Assembly (NCBI GenBank): GCA_905178155.1
Contig: CAJINV010000007.1
Coordinates: 938,627-1,002,626 of the forward strand
Direction: 5' to 3'
Source: Amoebophrya sp. A120
Lineage: Eukaryota; Protista; Dinoflagellata
Length of the DNA: 64,000 nt
Below, one piece after another: positions 60,901 to 64,000 of the stretch. Position numbers and translations under genes: made by a program. Under the pieces are notes generated by a model. That model had not been told where the DNA came from and did not search any database. It was given only the letters and a program-made list of their open reading frames with translations. Each line of letters opens with the position of its first letter. The first letter of the stretch is position 1.

Positions 60901-63900
60901 CGCAGATTCTCGGCCTGTTTGGCTCTTCGAGAATTTGTCGTACGAAGCAGCTTGATCGTATCAATTCTAATTGTGATTTTGCATGACAAACCATGTAACA
61001 GCGGAGAGTGTAACGTTTGAGAACGCCATAGGTTTCAACTAGTACCCGGCTACTTGTCCGATGTTGTCAAGCCGGAAGGCGATATGACAGTGCACAACCC
61101 CCCCTCCCCCTCATTTGTATACGCGTGAACGGTATTAAAACTACAATCATCAGCAAGAATGCCGGTTTTTTATTTGCATGACAAATTTACACTACGAGTC
61201 GAGTGGTATAATTTGGGCTGCGAGGGCTTCAACTTCCAAAAAATGCATAACGTTAATAGTGACCACAGGAGGGACAGGGACAGGCTTCTTGGGTTGGTGT
61301 TTTATTGCACGAGAAACGAGAACGAGGGGGAGTTCTTGTGCACTCTCATACACGACGACCTTCCCGAGGACCACAGGTTGCACAACCGGACCGGTTTATC
61401 GTGAGGAAAATCCCCCCTCGCCATACTGACAAGGCACGTTTTCGAAAATTTGCGTTGCTGATTTTTGACCACAAATCGCCTCTGTGTTGCATGAAGGCAA
61501 ACCCACAGGCTCCGCCGCATTCTCCAGGCAGGCGGTTTGTCATGCTGTAGCTGCTCCTACAGCGTAGACGTCTGTCATGCTAAATGCCTAGGCCAGAACC
61601 TGTCTACTCAGGCTTGGTAAGGGCCTGCAGTGGTGGCCCTCGCCAGCAAGACAGGGCTGTCTGTGTCTGATTTGTGTACGCAAAGCGTCACAAAGAACTT
61701 CGTTTTGATATGGCGCAGGGGGGTTTTTCATTCTGATACGGTTTGTGCGCGCATCCGACTTTAGCGCCCTACGGACTCCGCGCCGCGATCGGAATCGCGA
61801 ACATACACCCGCTATGCATTGCAAATATCGATCAGGGTCTGGAAGGTTTCAATCTGTGATGCTGGATTTCGATTCTACAGCAAATCTGTATTGCATGTTG
61901 AACAGCAAAAGAGGTCCATTTTTTGCCATGGTGACGAGAGGGCATTTCTGATGCGGTACAGGCATCAGGAAGCCGTCGCAAAATCTGTGATGCTAGGGCA
62001 TGCATCACAGACATCAGGAGCCATGCAAAATGTGCATGACAAACCTGGCATCCTTGTTCCAGACCCAGACAATTTTGCACTTGACACCCGCATGCGTGCG
62101 CGCGGCTCTGCTTGTTGGACCAGAACTGCACCGCCATTATGGCGTTCTCAAACGTTACAGTCTCAAGTGTTACATGGATTTGTCATGCAAGAATGGGAAA
62201 AGTGAAAGGGGGGAGGTTGCATCTGTAGCATTACAAATTCCGAACAGATCTGGGCGCTGTTTAGCCATTCGCAAATTTGTCATGCGAAGCAGCTTGATAT
62301 TGTGGATCTTGATGATCATTTTGCATGACAAATCATGTAACAGTTGAGAATGTAACGTTTGAGAGCCCCATAGCCATTCAGCGCGGGTTGTGGAGGGATG
62401 AAGAAATAGAATCAACTGACAAGAAGAGCTCGACTTTCAAACGGTCCCACGTCACCAATATGATGAACAAGAAACAAGCAAACTCCTCAATATCTGGCGC
62501 TCGTGCTCCTTCACGAGGACCTCCTGCTACATATTACGAGAGTTGCACCTCCGCTAAGTGCCGTCTAGACGAAAGCGCATGCAGCTGCACAACCTGTCTG
62601 CTGTTTCACCACAGTACGCTTCTGCAGAGTATTGGCAAAGACCGGTTTTTATCAACTGTAAAAATGTCATCTGGGTCTGGAAGAGTGTAAACTTGTCATG
62701 CAGGTTTTCCATGACCCCTGAGGTCTGGAATGCGGGACCTAGCATGACAGGGTCTGTGAGGTCTCTGCTATGCCTATCCTGCGTGAGAAACTCCCTCCCA
62801 ACTTGGTCGAAAGTGGACAGCTTTTGGTACTCATGCAACACAGATTTTTGCATTATTCGGAATTAGCATGACAAGTTGCAATCTTCCAGACATCCAGGGA
62901 CTTTTGCAATCCATAGCTTTGGGCCCCGGAATACGCCGCGGTGCCTGCCTCCACCTTCGTTCCGTTCCCGACGATATCCTGTGCAAAAGTATCGTACTCG
63001 TAGAAATGCAGGTCTTGCATTACAAGTCTTGTTCTCAAGTCAAATCTGCATTACAAATTTTATCTCTCATGCTGAGGAAATTTGTAATGCATTTATACGA
63101 GTACGATACTTTTGCAGTTCATAGACGACGAGTGGTCATGTTGGACATCATATCAAAGGCAAATATAATGTCTGGGTCTGGAGGAAGATTGCAGGACCTT
63201 GTCATCGACATCTTCTGGTGGATCACGCAACTGGTCTCTAATGCACGCAAATAAAGCATTAGTGCAGGTTTTCCGCAGGCCTTCTGATCATGTCTATTGC
63301 TATTCCGCATGAGAAATAATCATAATGCCCTATGATCTACTGCGTAGCAAGATTTTTGGGAAGCTTTTATTGGTGCTTACGCAAGACAAATCTTTATTGC
63401 CCCCTATTTAATTGAAATTGCATGACAAGTTCCAATTCCTCCAGACCCAGATCGATATTTGCAATGCATAGGACAACTACAAGAGCAAGGAAGAAGGTTG
63501 AGCATTTCTAATCCCGATCTCGTGAAGAGGTTGTTTTTGAAAGAAAAGCAGGAGTGGAAAGCGGTTCCCTGTTTAGTAAAGAAGACCAAGATGAGCCTGT
63601 ATCGGGGGGACTATATCAACTATATCAATACGACCCTGCTGCGGGGGGCCCCCGACGAGCGGGGGTCCCCGCCCGCCGCCGTGGCTGTGCGGTCGGCAGG
63701 TGAGGGTCCAGAGGGTTCTCGTCCGCGTTCAGCAGCAACACCAGGCAGCACTGAGACGAGGCAGTTGCCGTCAACTACAGGAGCATCGTCAGTAAATGAA
63801 ACTACAGAAGTAGTGGTCTACAAGAACAGCAACGACTCCTATCATAACTACACGAAGATCTTCGCAGCTTCGACTTTTGGTCCGTTGCGAATATATTTTG

Positions 63901-63978
63901 TGCCCGAAGTGGATTTACTGCGCAACGCTACTCCCATAGATCAATTTTTTGACGGCGAAGTCGTAGGGGTGGGGGTGT
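54944..63978 (+). CDS. Hypothetical membrane-anchored/secreted protein with Cys-rich (PAN/apple-like) segment; 3' end outside window
   Basis: Continuous + frame after removing 22 elements: MGRGEGS...VVLGQLALVLLLPCFFFFLTEAVVL (hydrophobic anchor)...HACARLCLLDQNCTAI. Alternative start ATG 55557. Confidence 0.6.
54985..55141. mobile_element. Introner family A
   Basis: TIR; DR eroded ttcac/agcat. Confidence 0.75.
55197..55504. mobile_element. Introner family E (5' TAC)
   Basis: TIR; DR tcatt/tcatg. Confidence 0.83.
55636..56030. mobile_element. Introner family C, degenerate and expanded
   Basis: TATCTTGAGCAAAAATGTC...GTTTTTACTCAGGATA; DR eroded gtgtt/accgt. Confidence 0.7.
56081..56409. mobile_element. 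Introner family F
   Basis: TIR; DR aacca. Confidence 0.86.
56502..56844. mobile_element. Introner family E
   Basis: TIR; DR gggcg/ggacg. Confidence 0.82.
56979..57318. mobile_element. Introner family C (3' ATA changed to AGA)
   Basis: TIR; DR accag/gccgg. Confidence 0.77.
57548..57752. mobile_element. Introner family A, degenerate (5' TAC)
   Basis: TIR; DR cgtac/cttac. Confidence 0.77.
57819..58177. mobile_element. Introner family F
   Basis: TIR; DR cgagc. Confidence 0.84.
58229..58623. mobile_element. Introner family E, expanded
   Basis: TIR; DR cgtac/cgtgc. Confidence 0.82.
58635..58913. mobile_element. Introner family C
   Basis: TIR; DR cagct. Confidence 0.87.
59062..59336. mobile_element. 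Introner family B
   Basis: TIR; DR ggatc. Confidence 0.85.
59405..59710. mobile_element. Introner family E
   Basis: TIR; DR cctgg. Confidence 0.87.
59930..60463. mobile_element. Introner family I with nested family B element
   Basis: 5' TATGACCTGCTCA; altered right end ...GATCCATA; DR eroded actgt/tctac. Confidence 0.65.
60172..60444. mobile_element. Introner family B nested in family I
   Basis: TIR (3' ATG); DR cgagc. Confidence 0.82.
60510..60758. mobile_element. Chimeric introner (family F left end, family C right end)
   Basis: TATTGTGAGGAAAAATTCCCC...GGGGACGTTTTTACTCAGGATA; no DR (tcctg/actgc). Confidence 0.72.
60796..61030. mobile_element. Introner family J
   Basis: TIR; DR ggttt. 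Confidence 0.87.
61083..61350. mobile_element. Introner family G
   Basis: TIR; DR ggcga/cacga. Confidence 0.8.
61397..61738. mobile_element. Introner family F
   Basis: TIR; DR cggtt. Confidence 0.85.
61813..62086. mobile_element. Introner family B (3' ATA changed to ACA)
   Basis: TIR; DR cccgc. Confidence 0.82.
62138..62372. mobile_element. Introner family J
   Basis: TIR; DR gccat. Confidence 0.86.
62650..62915. mobile_element. Introner family B
   Basis: TIR; DR gtttt/gcttt. Confidence 0.84.
62975..63123. mobile_element. Introner family A
   Basis: TIR; DR gacga. Confidence 0.88.
63151..63470. mobile_element. Introner family B, diverged
   Basis: TIR; DR catca/ggaca. Confidence 0.77.
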
Positions 63979-64000
63979 TATGAACTGCAAATAAAGTATC
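63979..64000. mobile_element. Introner family A, left end only
   Basis: TATGAACTGCAAATAAAGTATC at window edge. Confidence 0.7.

Noticed and set aside
3253-63310. Many short ORFs with FQTQTYL / QICLGLE / AKVSYS peptides
   Set aside because: They are translations of introner TIRs, not a protein family.
2743-63470. Both DR copies under coding constraint (many mismatches at third codon positions)
   Set aside because: Only about half of mismatches are at wobble positions, as expected with one exonic and one intronic copy.

Overview
Eukaryotic genomic DNA with six intron-rich genes, all on the + strand: a multi cold-shock/OB-fold protein, an EutH-family permease, a papain-family cysteine protease, a secreted hypothetical protein, a DHX57/DHX29-like DEAH helicase and a membrane-anchored protein that runs off the window. 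The architecture resembles the introner-invaded genome of the syndinian dinoflagellate Amoebophrya (inference, not searched). The dominant signal is about 77 transposon-like elements in about 13 families (labelled A-M here). They have TA(T/C)...ATA terminal inverted repeats, a 5-nt flanking direct repeat (DR) and a shared internal TGT[C/G/A]ATGC motif. 74 interrupt exons without GT-AG ends, and removing element + 5 nt restores the frame at every complete junction I translated by hand. Mismatched DRs in conserved protein motifs suggest the splice falls between DR positions 4 and 5. Every larger insertion sits inside one of these elements: a Helitron-type PIF1 element, a hairpin-CTRR element, long-TIR elements, and retro-like inserts whose 16-17 bp TSDs begin at the shared motif. 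Three tandem box C/D snoRNAs lie in a canonical intron of the helicase. Coordinates were counted by hand and may be off by a few nt.
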